From Antedon mediterranea (lineage: Eukaryota > Animalia > Echinodermata), in contig NC_092671.1 in NCBI RefSeq assembly GCF_964355755.1, positions 2,604,001 through 2,668,000 of the forward strand: 64,000 bases of DNA. The letters are read 5' to 3'. Under the pieces are notes generated by a model. That model ran no database searches, was not told the DNA's origin, and saw nothing but the letters and a program-made list of their open reading frames with translations. A program made the position numbers and the translations under genes. Positions 1 to 13,782 of the stretch are shown here, piece after piece. How positions within the stretch are numbered: position 1 is the stretch's first letter; every line of letters begins with the position of its first letter.

Positions 1-2676
1 GCTTTCAAATTCAGTATTTGTATTTTCCATTGACCTTAATTTACTAAAAGTAAAAAAAAGTAAATCATTATACAAATATAGTAATAAATGTTTAGCAGTG
101 GAATGGGAAGAATATGTCATGTTGATTAACAGTTCTATTCAACTAATAGCAGAACTAAACATTCGATAATCCATTTAATAAAACCATTAAATAGAAGTTT
201 TGCTGAATGGCACATGATATGAAATTAACCAATCAAATTGTCATGATTGACTCAGGTGTGTTTAATTTATCATCTCTGATTTGCATTTTGCATTTGATCT
301 TTTTTTTTATGAATGCATAATTGACTATAGTATCTTACGCTTTGATTAAAGACAAATTTAATTTGCAAACATTAATTCTAATTAGCAGCAACATAGTCAA
401 AGGATAGACAGACAAATTAAAACCTAAATTAATTTATGAAGCTTTAACGGTGAAGAAGTCACTCAACATTAGGTCTTGTTAGTATACAAGTTGTGAACAC
501 CATAAACCCATCCTATGTAATCAGTGCAATACCTTCTGATTGGATAATGAACATGTTAGCTGTCAACCGTAATTGAACATTCCGTGCCGCTGGTGCCCCA
601 TTTAAGGTTATGTAAAAACCTCCATGTCATTTACTACAAACACATTTTATTTGCCTTTTGTTGTCATTTTGTAACGAAACTGATTGAACAAAATAATAAA
701 AATGTATACATCTACATAACTTTGACAAAATTATCAATAATCAATTATTGAAATCTGATTTTAATAGCTTTAATCCTAGTTTTGCTAAATATACCTAGAC
801 TCTCAGTAAATATCTAGGGATACTAAAAAGAAAAAAAAACATGATCCAGGGAACTACTTTTTGATATATATTTTGACTTTTAATTTATGTTAGCACTCCC
901 CCTGGAACCAGACCCCAGCAAGAACCCAGTAATACCAACCTTATACTAAGAAGCCAATCTGGTTTAATATTAATTAAATAATAATTATGCATTATTATAA
1001 AATTCATATTTTAAATATAATAATTTTGACATTACGAACTTTAAACTTTTTCTTTCACTTGAATATGATGGTATTTGATAATAATAAATGAAAATTATCA
1101 AAATAGCATTATAATAGCATCAACAATGATAAATTAAAGATTTAATGAGATAATTGAATAACTGACTTTGATCTAGAACACAGTAAAGCCGACACAAATA
1201 GACTAATGGAATGCAATCTCAGCTAACCAGGTATTTGAAGTTAGCCAGGTTGTTAATGATAAATGAATACTATACTATATGAAATGTTTCAACTCAAATG
1301 TTGTTTATTGATGATGTACCTTTATAGGGTTTTTTTATGCACTTTAAATGGTTAGAATTGTTGTACTATTTTATTGGGTCTATTATTTGAGGTTTAGGGT
1401 GTTAATTCAAATGAATATATAATAAAATATTAAAGAAATATTTCTCAAACGCAAATATATTTAGCAGGTTTGCATTTTAATATTATTTTAAAGTATAATT
1501 TTTTTGTTCTCTTTTGTGGACACATTTTTTTTTATAGGTTTTGTGGACAATACTTGACAGTACAAGATTAATATTGTGTCCCTTTTTCTTTCTTTCTTTT
1601 ATTTCTACCATATCCAAATTCTATGTTATAATCTTTGTGATCTGCAGATCATTCTGGCTAACATGGTGTAAATAAAGGGTCAAAATACCATCAAAATACT
1701 CCCTCCACTTTAAATTGACAGGACCTCTTCAGGGATATTAATAAATAATGTTACCAGATGTGAAAGAAAGATAAAATATGTATTCAACTGGCTATAAACA
1801 TTGATTCTGCTGGCTCATAAAGTATGGGGAAAAGTTCTAGCCTCTGAGGGGGGTAAATTATACCCTCTAAGGGGTAAATGTAGGTTACATATCATGAAAA
1901 ACATTGATCTGGTTCCGTTTGGTTTCATATGTTCCCCCGGGATTCATAGCGATGTTATACATCATTAAATATCTGATGCCTGATTTGTAAATGAGTGATA
2001 TTGTTTTTGATTAAATTGTAATTTATAACACATGCAACTTCAACCCGTCAAAAATTTTAATGCAATTACATAATTAATGTTAAAATATTAAATGATGATG
2101 TAATCAAATCTAAAAATTCATTTATAGAGTGTTCAAATTTCTCTTGGTTTAATTTATGAAAACAAATGTAACGATGACATCATGCTAAAATCATATTGTT
2201 TAAAAATAGAAACATTTTTGGCAGAGTTATTTATATCACCCCATTTTTGTCATGAACCATACATTAAATGTTTAACCCCTTTAAGCCTATGACAAGCAAT
2301 ATATTAAGCCAGACAATTCTCACAGGGCAAATTAACTCAAATACAGTAGCAAAATCTCTGCACAAATTAAATTGTCTTTAGCATAATTTCCAGACAATGT
2401 TGGCCTAGAAAAAATACATTAATATTTTTGCTTTCAAATGCATTCTTTTATTTGATATTGAATTGAATATCTTGGTATAAATATTTGGACATATGTAACT
2501 ACTGTACTGTATAACCTTTCATTTGGAACTTCCATATTAGGGGGTAATGTGTGTATGATCAATTACGATTCAGAGGACACTCCTATTAAGGGGACATGGT
2601 TATGTCCCAGAGATGTCCCTGTATTTAGGTAGGAAGTGTTGATTTTTAAATGTGATTAAAATTATATATTGTCTCA

Positions 2677-2774
2677 ACTCTTGAGGACGATCAAAGCATT
2701 TTGATCAAAACGTCAAGAAACTCAACAGTTCTTTTTAGAACTATATGTTGTATACTGAAAACTTTATATTAACA
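2677..2774 (+). mobile_element. Penelope-like pLTR relic with degenerate minimal hammerhead
   Basis: TTGAGGA-c-GATCA-loop-TGATC-AAAAC-GTC is the CUGANGA/stem II/GAAA/NUH layout with C3 and G12 mutated. About 65 bp is homologous, in inverted orientation, to 13639-13704. Confidence 0.55.
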
Positions 2775-5700
2775 GTGAATAACATTATTATTAGGTTATT
2801 TGTACCTTCTAGAATATAGCATGTGCTTTCTAGCAATAGCCTAATAGATAGTTACATATTGAGACAAGATTACATAGACCATGTACATGTAATTCACTCT
2901 TAAATTACCAATGTCTAGCCACTAATAGTACTTTATCGATATTCTGCATATTCTCACCGAAATATAAACATTATGTAAACACAGATATAACCAAAAATTG
3001 ACACTAATTCATCACTTAGAGGGGTACATTGCAACATGTGGTGGACCCATACATAAACCATAAGTACAACTTGGTCAGAGGAAATAGATTTCATCTGAAA
3101 TGATTAAGGTAACCAATATAACTGATTTACGTTACTACAAACATGTTTCACTTTTGATGAATTAATTTTCCTATAATTATTATAATATTCTTAAAAATTA
3201 TGGTACAAAATATGTATTATATTGGTTTATTTGAGTCAGTAATATGTTTTGCTTAGGCTGCGCTTGCCCAGAATTTGTAACTTTCGTGTTTTCAACCAAA
3301 TTTAAATAAAACCTTTTAGATGAAAGTTTGGTGAGATAGAACATTGGTTCCTTGGTGTCTTATTTGAAGAGAATTAAGTATAAAAATGTTTAAAACAATT
3401 GTAAAATAAATAAATGTTTGAGATTAGCAAAAGAGAGAAGTAAAAGGAGATGACTGATAAATCATAAGAAGTTTTTAAATGAAAATACCTAAAATATGCA
3501 TATAAATTAAGATTTGTTGTGAATTTCCTATTTAAGACCAAAAAAATGTATTAGTAGTAAGCACATTTAAAAAAAAAAGGATTTTGTGATCCTAATTCTG
3601 CATCAAAGACGTCAGTAAATAAGAGGGTTATCTATATTGTATTTGCAAGTTACAATGAGTTATAAACACAGAGTTGACCCTTTAATTTTCTGGAACAAGA
3701 ATTTTAAGCTGTTTGTACTTTACATCCTGTGTATTTTAATTTGAAGATGATTCAATATTTATATTAATATCATATTTACTTTGTTACATTAATTACTTCC
3801 ACTCAAGCTTAATCCAAATCTAAACATTTTAATTCAATAGTCAGATTTGAAGCAAAACATTCATCAATTTAGCAGACTTTTTTTTACTAATTCTGTGAAA
3901 GAAATTATTGTTGCATGACTTTGTAAAAGTGAGTCAGGCACAAGTGGATGGGTTTGATAGAGATAAAAGTAATAGGGAACGTCCTCGAAGGAGTAAAAGC
4001 TTGAAACGATGTAAAAGATAGTTGTTATTTCGGGGTTGTGTCAGAAAAGGGCAACAAGTAGTATTAGCAGTGCCTTCTTGTTTATACTCGAGAGCACGAT
4101 TTAAATTATATTTACGAATTTGATGAAATAAAATCTGAAATCTTCATATTATCTGTAATTATTTTACGATCAATTGATAATAAATGAGGAAATGATATAG
4201 GGTTAAATTTGCACCCATATCACTCAACGCAAAAGAAGCATATTCATTGTGCACTGTAGAGACGAGTAATTTCCGTTAAAAGTGACCCATCTGCAATGTA
4301 TTTAAACTCGTAAACGGGTCACTATGTTACACAGGTAAAAGGTGTTGCGATTTTCGATAAGATAGCGCCACATAGGTTATCGTGGGATTTATCTTTATAT
4401 TCAGAAACATTGAACTTTCAGTTCAAAGACTATCTTATAAATTCCCTATAGTGGTTACCTAACACCAGTGTACTGATTTTTATATACCGAATGTATCACC
4501 CTTAACCACTGATGACACATTAGAGGTCGGCCTATAATCATTCACATGTTCCCAAACTGCATTACAATACCGACCGTAAAACAAACTAAGTAGAATAAAA
4601 AAGAAAATCCCTAAGAAGAAACATTTAGGATGTATTTTTTTATGTTTAGATTATATTCACAAGAATTTTATTTATCAAGAGATATATAATACAATCTTTT
4701 ATCTTATTCTTTTTGTAAAGAAACACTTTCACTAAGTCTGAGAAGTGATGAACCTTTCAATATAGATAATACAAAATAAGTGGATAAGCCTGTTAAGTTT
4801 TAAAAGCTTTGCTAGCCAGAAGCCAGGAGGGTTTGGAGGGTTTTTAAAATTACCCCATTTTTTCTGAAGTTGCCGTTTCAAAATAAGAGACTAGTAGCAA
4901 AAGTGCTAAAAAATATAATATAATTATTTTTATCTACTAGGCAGGCCTAAATCTATAGTCTTATCTTGCTATCGCCTGCACTTAACCCCAAAAAAAAAGA
5001 ACTTCACTGTAAAATCTTAGCTATGGGCTTTTTTTGTATGTGCGCGTATGGTTCTAAATAGTATGAAAATAGCATGTTAAAATTCACAGATCATGATAAA
5101 GTTTGAGATTTGTGTGAACATAAAATGATCAAATAACACAATCAGCTTTATTATCTTAACATGATCTAGTGGAGCATATTAGAGAAACATGATTGATTAA
5201 AAGTTAACAAGAATCAACCAATCAGCATGTGATCTAGTATTACAGCACAACCGATTGGCCCAGCTTCCTGAAACAATTAAGACACCACATTTGCATAAAC
5301 AGATCATGATCTTTCTTTATCATGCTAATTTTATCATGATGATAATAATATGATAAGTAATCATGATAATTTATTTACAATATTTATAGTAAAGACACCT
5401 ATTATTAATGGGACAAATTATATTTTAAAAAGTAAATTTCATATGCAAAAAGTAAAAAGATCTTCAGTTTATTTTTGCAATTGAAAAAAGTAGTTGGCAA
5501 GTAAAAAGAAAGTTTCAGTATCTAACTTCGCTTGAACTTTATTTTGAGTAGTTTTCTAAGACAATTGGGCCCAAGTATCAACTAAACTAAAATTGATTGA
5601 CAGCTGTCAAACAGATGTCAATCCAGGCACCACGTTACTTGTGAAGGCTGTCAACAAACTTTACATTGTTAAATGCAATAATGTTTGAAATTACTTATAA

Positions 5701-8700
5701 TTTGTGGAGTGTTTTTTTAGATAGAAGTACTTGGAGATGAGTACTCTATCCTCCTCCTCCAAGATCTATTGATGAACTGTCTAAAGTGACAGTATTATTT
5801 TCTGGTGGAGGATGAGAGATTTATGACATTGTACAGATTTTGACGTTGAGAAACACAATCTGAGGAGTTTTGTTGGCGTATTTTTTTTTTCATCCACATG
5901 CAAGTTTGGTCCAGCACACAAATGAAGGGTTGAGATTATGAGAATAAATAGCGTGGGATCTCTCTAAAATAAATGTATACAGTAGGCCTACTATAAACTA
6001 AATCGTTCAGAACAAATGTTGGTACTATTCTATGTATTTATTTTCATTAAAATATTATAATGTTTTTGGAAAGCAATAAATATTACTTAACTTACTTACT
6101 AATGTTGTTAATAGTATATAAACATTTTAAGCATATACAAATGCAAATGTTAGCTGCTATGAAGCAAACTGTCATCTTGAATCTTGGTCAGGTAAATTTT
6201 CATTACATTTGGCATCCATAGTATCTATGTATTATAAGCTTAGAGCTTCTATTACTTTTACCAAAATTTATATAAACAGATAGAAAAATAACAAATAAAA
6301 ACAAATGCAACTATATTTGTAGGTAAAACATTTTTACAGCATAAATTTAAACTTCGATACTTAGCCACTCAGCATGTAATAGAAACAAACCGATCTCCCT
6401 CCTTATTAATAATTTCAAATCAGTGTATTATAATTCATTGCGACAGAGGAACTGAATTGACCATTTGACTACTACATGCTTAAATGACATTAGAATGACG
6501 CTTAAATCGAAGGCAGTGTAACTACGATGAGTTGGACTTGAGTGTACATTGTCTCTTCCTATGACACATTACGTTGATTTTGTCTTAAGACGCATAAGCT
6601 AAGAAACGACCAACGTCAACCACAAAATGTGATTTCAATACGGAAGAAAAAAAATTCAACGACCAGAAGTTCTGCCAAGATTTGATATGATTACACAACC
6701 ACAATATGGTGTGAAATCTAACTGTGCCCCATTTCTGAGTCAGTCAATTTTTTTACAAATTTGTTTATTAATTTTTTTTCCTGTTTAGATCACTTTCACA
6801 TTATTTGTTAATCTAACCATCTGTATACAGAAGTACTATTTTCTTTTTGTGCAAATTTAAACAGAATTTCACAACACAATTTATGAACATGAATAGGAGG
6901 TGTTTACTGCAAAGTGATTTGGTAAGTACAGTAGGCCTATAGGCTTTGATTGATCCTTCTGTATATGCACATTTTTAGTTTCAAAATATTTCTATCATAA
7001 CAGTTATTATTAAATTTCAAATGATTACAATTTTACAATTTTAATGATCAGCTTTTGTTGCATAAAATATAAATTTTAATTGAAACTGTATTAGGCTTAC
7101 AATTTATTTATCTTTTGTGACCACAAAATAGTGGGGAAAATTAATCTCTAGGATAAATAAAGAGTAAACTTGACTTATCTCTTTTAGGGGCAACATTACC
7201 AACTATTTTTTTATATGAAGAAAACACAGTAAACACTTATTGTAGAAACTGTTCCTTTAAAAGAAGCTTGTAACTAATGATAAGGATTTGTAACGAGATA
7301 ACCATGCTCTATTTGGTATCGTATACTAAATGCTTCTTGAAGAAATGATAAATTATGAATGTTATATCAGTAAAAGTATAAATGGTAAAACTTCAAATTC
7401 ATAGTGAAAATAATATTCTGTGCGTATGAATACAGTACACATTTATGTCTTGACATACATATCTTTAAAGGTATTATCAGATTTGTATGGATTATGACTG
7501 TGATTGTCCCTTTAAGACTTCATGATAATGAGTGACTGTCCCTTTAAGACTTCAATGGCTGGATAGCTGATACAACATGACATCTTGTCTTTCAAATGAT
7601 CATTAGACATGTGAAATGGTTAGCATATAAATTATAAATGATTACATGGAAGACTAAACAAATGGTTAAAAATTATAATTAATGCACAGTGTATCTAGTG
7701 GGCTGATATTAGAGGGGAGGGGGTCAAAGCGGGCTTGTTTAAACATTGTATTGGTTTTGTGCTTAAAAAAGTAATAATAAAAATATATATACAATAATTT
7801 AACACCACAGTACGAAAATAATTTTCATTAAAATAATTGTTCTTAATTAATATGTTATATATCATATACATGTCTGGTAGACAATAGAGAAGTATGATAT
7901 TATAAATGTCAACCTCCAATAACATTAATAATTTCACACACAAAATGTAATTTTAATATTTAATTTCAAAATGTAAAGCATATCATTTTATTGTTGGCAC
8001 TATGCCACTTGGAAGTATTAAAACAAACAAAAAATCATTTCTCTTGGGACTCGAACCAAAGGCCTATGACACAATGGTTAAAGGTTCATCCTATAGAATT
8101 ATGAAAAACTCGAATACATATATCATTTTTAGTTTCAATCTGGTTGACATGGAAACAAATATCTCTGTGGGGTTATAATTTATTATACACACACACAATA
8201 TAATATACAATTATACAGGTACCATTATTATGATAGGTTGCCTGTAGTAAAATATTATATAGCATATTATTCTGCAAGATTTATATTTGTATGTATAAAG
8301 AGCACATGTGATTTCAAGATACTTTAGAATAAAGACAATCTTTACAGAAAAAGGTCTTCCTTCTGCAAGTTTGCGGCAAACTAGTTTCATTTACAAGCAA
8401 ATCAATACTTTTGAATTTCCTACTGATTTGTGATTGAATACATAATATAGAAGAATAATAAATACTCTATGAAACATATCATGAGATAGGAATATAATTT
8501 CAGAGTGGAGTATATGTGTTATACTTTTTTTATACTGTACATTTCACCTTTTGGTTATATAATACTTATGACATATGAATATATTTAATATATAACATGA
8601 CATGAATAGATTTTAAAATACCAAACTGTATTCAATGTAATATAAAATAAGAATAAGTAAGTGAGCATCACCCAAACAATTTGGATAAAATAGATGATTT

Positions 8701-10103
8701 TGCTTACTATCAATAATAACTGTTTACCTTTTTACTTACATTATTAATATCGTGTGTGTATGGGTCCAAGGTGGTAAATAGGAGAAGGGTGGGGGTCAGT
8801 GGCTCCAGAAGCAGTGGCATAATGGCTAAACCCGGAGCCCTGGAGATTATAGGCGCCACTGAACAGGGCCCAGATAAAAATATATCAAAAAAGGCTCAGA
8901 AGTTCAGAGGTTTCCAGCGTGGAAGGGTCACTTAGGGTTCCTAAACCAGGGGCCTGAGCTACCTAGCATTGGAGGACCCATTACGAGGGACTTTTTGTCT
9001 GTTAAGCCACTTGTGGGGAAAGAATGGGGATTTGTTTATGGGGTCTATCAAACTACTGTACTGCAAATAACATTTTTCTCCTTTAAAAAAAGTGAGCTAC
9101 AGTTAGCTCCTTTGCCTAAGCTCCTTTGCCTAGGCTCCTAGACCCGCCTATGTGTACATATTAATCATTATAAACAAATTAATTTAGCATTTTCAATTTG
9201 TAGTAATAATGATGACACATGTTATGTTATGTTGACTTTTTTACATTGAGTAGTTATATCTTAATTACCCTTAGAAGCATTTGTCAGATCAAATGTACTT
9301 TAAGTTTAAACTTGATATTACATCATTACAGAAGTTGCTTATCCTACAAATTAGTGGATTTTACATTTGGCGACAGAATTAATTACATGAATTATCAAGG
9401 CCGAACGAAAATAAATAAAATGATTTGGTAACATTCCAAAATGGTTTTTTTAAATATTTATGTTGAAGTATTAATTTCAAATTTAGGCTGCTGACAGCAT
9501 TTAGCCAAGTTTATCTTTTCCAAATTTTTATAACTTTACTATTATGTTTATCAGCTTTTTCCCCTCTTATTACTCAAATTATTTAACTTTATTATTATGA
9601 ATTTTCTAGAGAAATAAATGTAACTTTGATTTATTGATTGAATCAGTTGATCGGGAGATGATGGCATTTGTTTCATTTCTTTTATTAAAGTATTGTAGTT
9701 TTGTATTTGATTATAATTGAATTTTATTTGGTCAAACACAGTCACAGGTAATATATATATTTCAACTATGAATCTACACACAGAATTCACAGACTGTGAA
9801 AAGATAAGTACAGTAGTAATAACATTTTAACCATATGGTTAAATAAAATAAAAAATAAAAAATAAATAAAAAAATCCAAAAAGTAAAAAATTATGATTAA
9901 AAAACGAGATACCACTGAAAGCAGAAAATTGTTAAAAAACATGATTTTGACTTTGACTGTTTATAATTATCTGGTTATGTGCGCCATAAGTAGATCTTTG
10001 AATAAATAATAACAAGCAATAGGCCAAATAAACACCATAAGTAGATCTTTGAATAGTGCGATGGAATAATTGATTGATAATCTATGTTCTTTCAGTAAAT
10101 ATT

Positions 10104-10144
10104 TTGGAGACTCACTTGCTCACTGGTTCTGTTGGTAGAACGAA

Positions 10145-10175
<31 letters not shown>

Positions 10176-10208
10176 TCAGTGTACACGTCTAGCTCATGTG
10201 CACTTAAC
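10104..10208 (+). mobile_element. SINE fragment resembling the Nin/Deu conserved core domain
   Basis: CTTCTCAGATAAGGACTATAAACCGTAGG at 10146-10174 resembles the Nin/Deu-SINE core from memory; no search was run. Confidence 0.45.
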
Positions 10209-13200
10209 ATTGATTTTGCATTGTGTCTGCCTATTTTATACACAGGTCTGTTAATCCCGTTTGATCCAGATATGTTAATGGATTAAACAGGATTATCCAG
10301 TGGATTATCTAACACCATAAACAATAACAAGTTTGTCAGCAAACAGCTATGGTCTACCATAATATTGTATTCATTAAAAAAAAGTATAATTGAATACAAT
10401 CCTACCTTTATGTGACAAGTACAATAATTTCCCATATTAGCAAGGATTTCTGAACTTCTTTCACCAAGGAACAAAAAAAAGGTGAGAATCAAAATATCCG
10501 TCACTTATAAAGCAAGAAAAAAATCCAAAGCAATTGTTGCCAGTGGGCACTGCGACCAATGTGATACTTCCAGGTGTAAATAACTTGCCTGTTTTTTTTA
10601 TACCTGTGCTTAACACAGCTTGTAATACTCGATTGTAACCCCCAGGGCAATAGTCGATCCCTTGCCTTAGGTTCCAGTAACCTTAGAAAACATCAAGACA
10701 TGAATTAAACTTGAAAATGTTCAATTTTAAACTCCTAAAACTTCTTCACCTCGTCACCTTCTGTGAGCACATGTGCTGCGTTATCCAATTGCCATCTTTG
10801 TGATTGAGTCGTTCTATTCTGAGCACAGGTAAGTAACATTCCGAGGAACGTCAAATGAGAGTCAATGCCTCACTGTTAACTGTCAAATAAATCTTACAAC
10901 TTATCACAAAGATTGGAATAATCTATTTTCCTGCGAGGTAGGAAGTTGAAACTCAAATTGAAACTGCTTTTGTCATGCACTGTTTCTTAAAAATTAATTA
11001 ACTGAATATCCATATCACAGCATAAACTAACCATATGTAAATATATGCATGAGTAATATTTAACTATTTTGAAATTTATCAAAATAATTTGGTTGAATAT
11101 ATGATGTAATTTATCATATTCTGCAAAAATTGTTTAAAAGAGATTTTTAAAACATACAGAAATATGAATCAATTTTCATTACTTTTGATTTCATTTTATT
11201 GTTACTGGTGACCATATTGGGAGATAGCAATATTTTTTGTTCTCAGAAGATCAGAATATGTTTTGTAACATGTACACAAGACTAGGCCTAGGTCAATTAT
11301 AATAACCAATAAGTTTTAATTTTTAATAAAAAAAATAAACACATATTCTTGAAAAGGAATATAAACAGTAAACTATTAATTTTAGGCTCCTAATTAACCA
11401 TTAAATTGTTATATATTTGAGTATTAAAAGATTTAAAAAAAATTGACAGTTATTAAAATGTTTGTATACTGTTGAATCTAAATCAGCACCTGAGCGATAT
11501 ATACCTTGCTAGTGGCAAGGATTTTTAACCTGTATCAAATAAATATTATTATAAAATACAACCAAGGTTCCTTTTGTTCACTCAGAAAAATAACAACACA
11601 TAAATCATTCCAATCACGTTTTAATCATTATTATGATTGATTACTACTATAATTTTATTTCATTTTTGAATGTCAGTGTCATAAAAAAAGCTTTAAATGT
11701 TAAATTATTTTTCTTTTCAATTGGTTTTTTTTTTTTGGTAAACAGGATGTGTAAAGATGTGAATGTGATGAGCAAAATGCTTTATCATTTTCTTTTCCGT
11801 TTTCATGTAAAATTTTTGAAAATATATGGATAAAAAATATAATTTCTAAATAATCACATGGTGACAATTGAATGGCCACTATTGAATTACCACTATACAA
11901 TAGATACTTGATCAGACGAAGCTTGTTGTTATTATAATAATCTAACATTGTATACGTGTAAATTGAAAATTCCCTTTAAATACAAGACAATGAAACAGTT
12001 GATGATAGCACAAAATACAAAAGTTTTATTTCAATGGAATTCATATAACAAAAATATCTGTACACAAAAGGAGAGAATTTTAACACAAAAATTAATATTT
12101 TAGTATGAGTCATCCTTTTTAAACTACAATTGCCTCTAGTTGTAATTTGCAGCCAACATTTTTCTCTCTCACTAACAAATTATAAATTTATTATCTGTTA
12201 AAAGTACTTTCAACTAAGTAAATGATGGATTACCAATAGGCCTAAAAGTACAACATATGTGTATTAAATTAGTAAAACAATGCTGTGGGCATCAGTAGCT
12301 GTGAAGATGTAAATAAAATAAGCAAAAACCTAAATCCAATTGGTAAAGTAAAACAGTTAAAAAGAAAGTGCCAAGATTTCGGAAAAAAAACCCTCATTCT
12401 TTGATCAGGGCTAATGAGTGACTTTCATTCATTATTATTATCATCATTTATCATCATCAATTGTTATTATAGTCGTACAAAAGAAATCTGCAGAAGAAAA
12501 CAAGGTTATACTGAACCATTTTTACATTACTATCAAATGTTCGCATTTGCCTCATGACCAGAGGGGTAAATTGTTAGTCCCTTGACTTGTGTCTGCAAAC
12601 AAACAATACATCCGATATCTATAGGCCTAATTGTCTTCAAGTCTTCAAGGGATTGACTCATGTACAAAATAGTTCTACACAAAAATTGTTGAATTATCAT
12701 ATTTATCATTCAGGAACATTTAACACTTTCACTCAGAGGGTAGAATTGAAAATGATAATTTAACAATTAAAGATAAAGAATAAATAATAAAAATGGTAAA
12801 AAAAATCAATGTTGAATCACATTTTGTTTATATTTTTTAATTTAAAATTATCTAAACATAAATGTAACTATTGGTACAAAAAACAATGATTTATACAATT
12901 AAAAATTTGGAAATAATAAAAACAATAGTTTATGCAATTTAAAATTTGGAAAGAATAATGATTTTTGATTATTTGGACAACTAAACGTGACAAAATGAAA
13001 CTCAAAACTTCAAACAAGAAAACAAAATTAAACAGAAGACAGTCTGATAATTAATTAGCCTGTTAATTACAGAAAGTATCTATTGTGTTTGAAAAAAACA
13101 GAAATTCAGACAAATAAATATTAAATTGATCTACTTTGTAATTGTTTGTAATGAAATTATCAGTAATTTGATTACTAAGTTCCTTGGGTAACATTCAGTG

Positions 13201-13326
13201 TCAAGTACGACAAATAATTACGGACAAAGTTTAGAAGATTTATTGTAAATTATACACAACTATCACAACTTGAGGGCAGCCTTTATTAAGATTTGTTCAC
13301 CAGGATGAAAGATGTAGATGTTTCTT

Positions 13327-13398
13327 TGCTTTGTACATTACCTGATGAGTGTGGCCAGCTTTGCTGGTCATATGAAACAAATTTGTAGTAATAAAGCA
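13327..13398 (+). ncRNA. Type I hammerhead ribozyme (Penelope/retrozyme type)
   Basis: CTGATGA at 13342-13348; 11-bp stem II GTGTGGCCAGC/GCTGGTCATAT; GAAA at 13374-13377; palindromic stem III ACAAATTTGT; GTA cleavage triplet ending 13387; stem I ATTAC/GTAAT extended by TGCTTT/AAAGCA across a 4-nt bulge. Confidence 0.8.
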
Positions 13399-13445
13399 CC
13401 ATGAAGTAACCAAGTTCATAGTTTTTATATTATTACATTGTTTCT

Positions 13446-13535
13446 TATACGTTGCCTAGCGCACACACTTAGACCGTACACACCATACATTATATACGTT
13501 GCCTAGCGCACACACACAGACCGTACACACCATAC
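13446..13535. repeat. Two-copy ~47-bp tandem duplication
   Basis: TATACGTTGCCTAGCGCACACAC..AGACCGTACACACCATACA occurs twice. Confidence 0.85.
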
Positions 13536-13638
13536 AAACGCCAGTCTTTACATTCCCACGTTTGTAAAATCAAGAGTTTTGCTTCGCAACGCTTATTCTG
13601 CTTTTATACTACAAACTTAAGAGACAACAAAGATGTAT

Positions 13639-13782
13639 ATATAGTTCTGAAAAGAATTGTTGAGTTTGTCAACGTTTTGTTCAATATACTTTGATTGTCC
13701 TCACTCATGATACAACTATATATACGTTCTGTATCGTAAACTTTATATCAACATTTGATTTTGCCATGCAAACCTTCAAACA
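13639..13782 (-). mobile_element. Penelope-like pLTR relic with inverted degenerate hammerhead
   Basis: The minus strand reads TGAGGACAATCAAAGTATATTGAACAAAACGTTG, homologous to 2682-2716. The adjacent 13727-13753 matches 2747-2774 in direct orientation. Confidence 0.5.

Noticed and set aside
8043-8075. B-box GGTTCGAGTCCC on the minus strand
   Set aside because: No cloverleaf or clear A-box; at most a SINE head relic, not a tRNA gene.
4810-9152. Possible MITE remnants (4812-5030, 5257-5572, 8811-9152; also 39385-39670 and 59920-60150)
   Set aside because: Only one end or very degenerate TIRs and no clear TSD; too weak to call.
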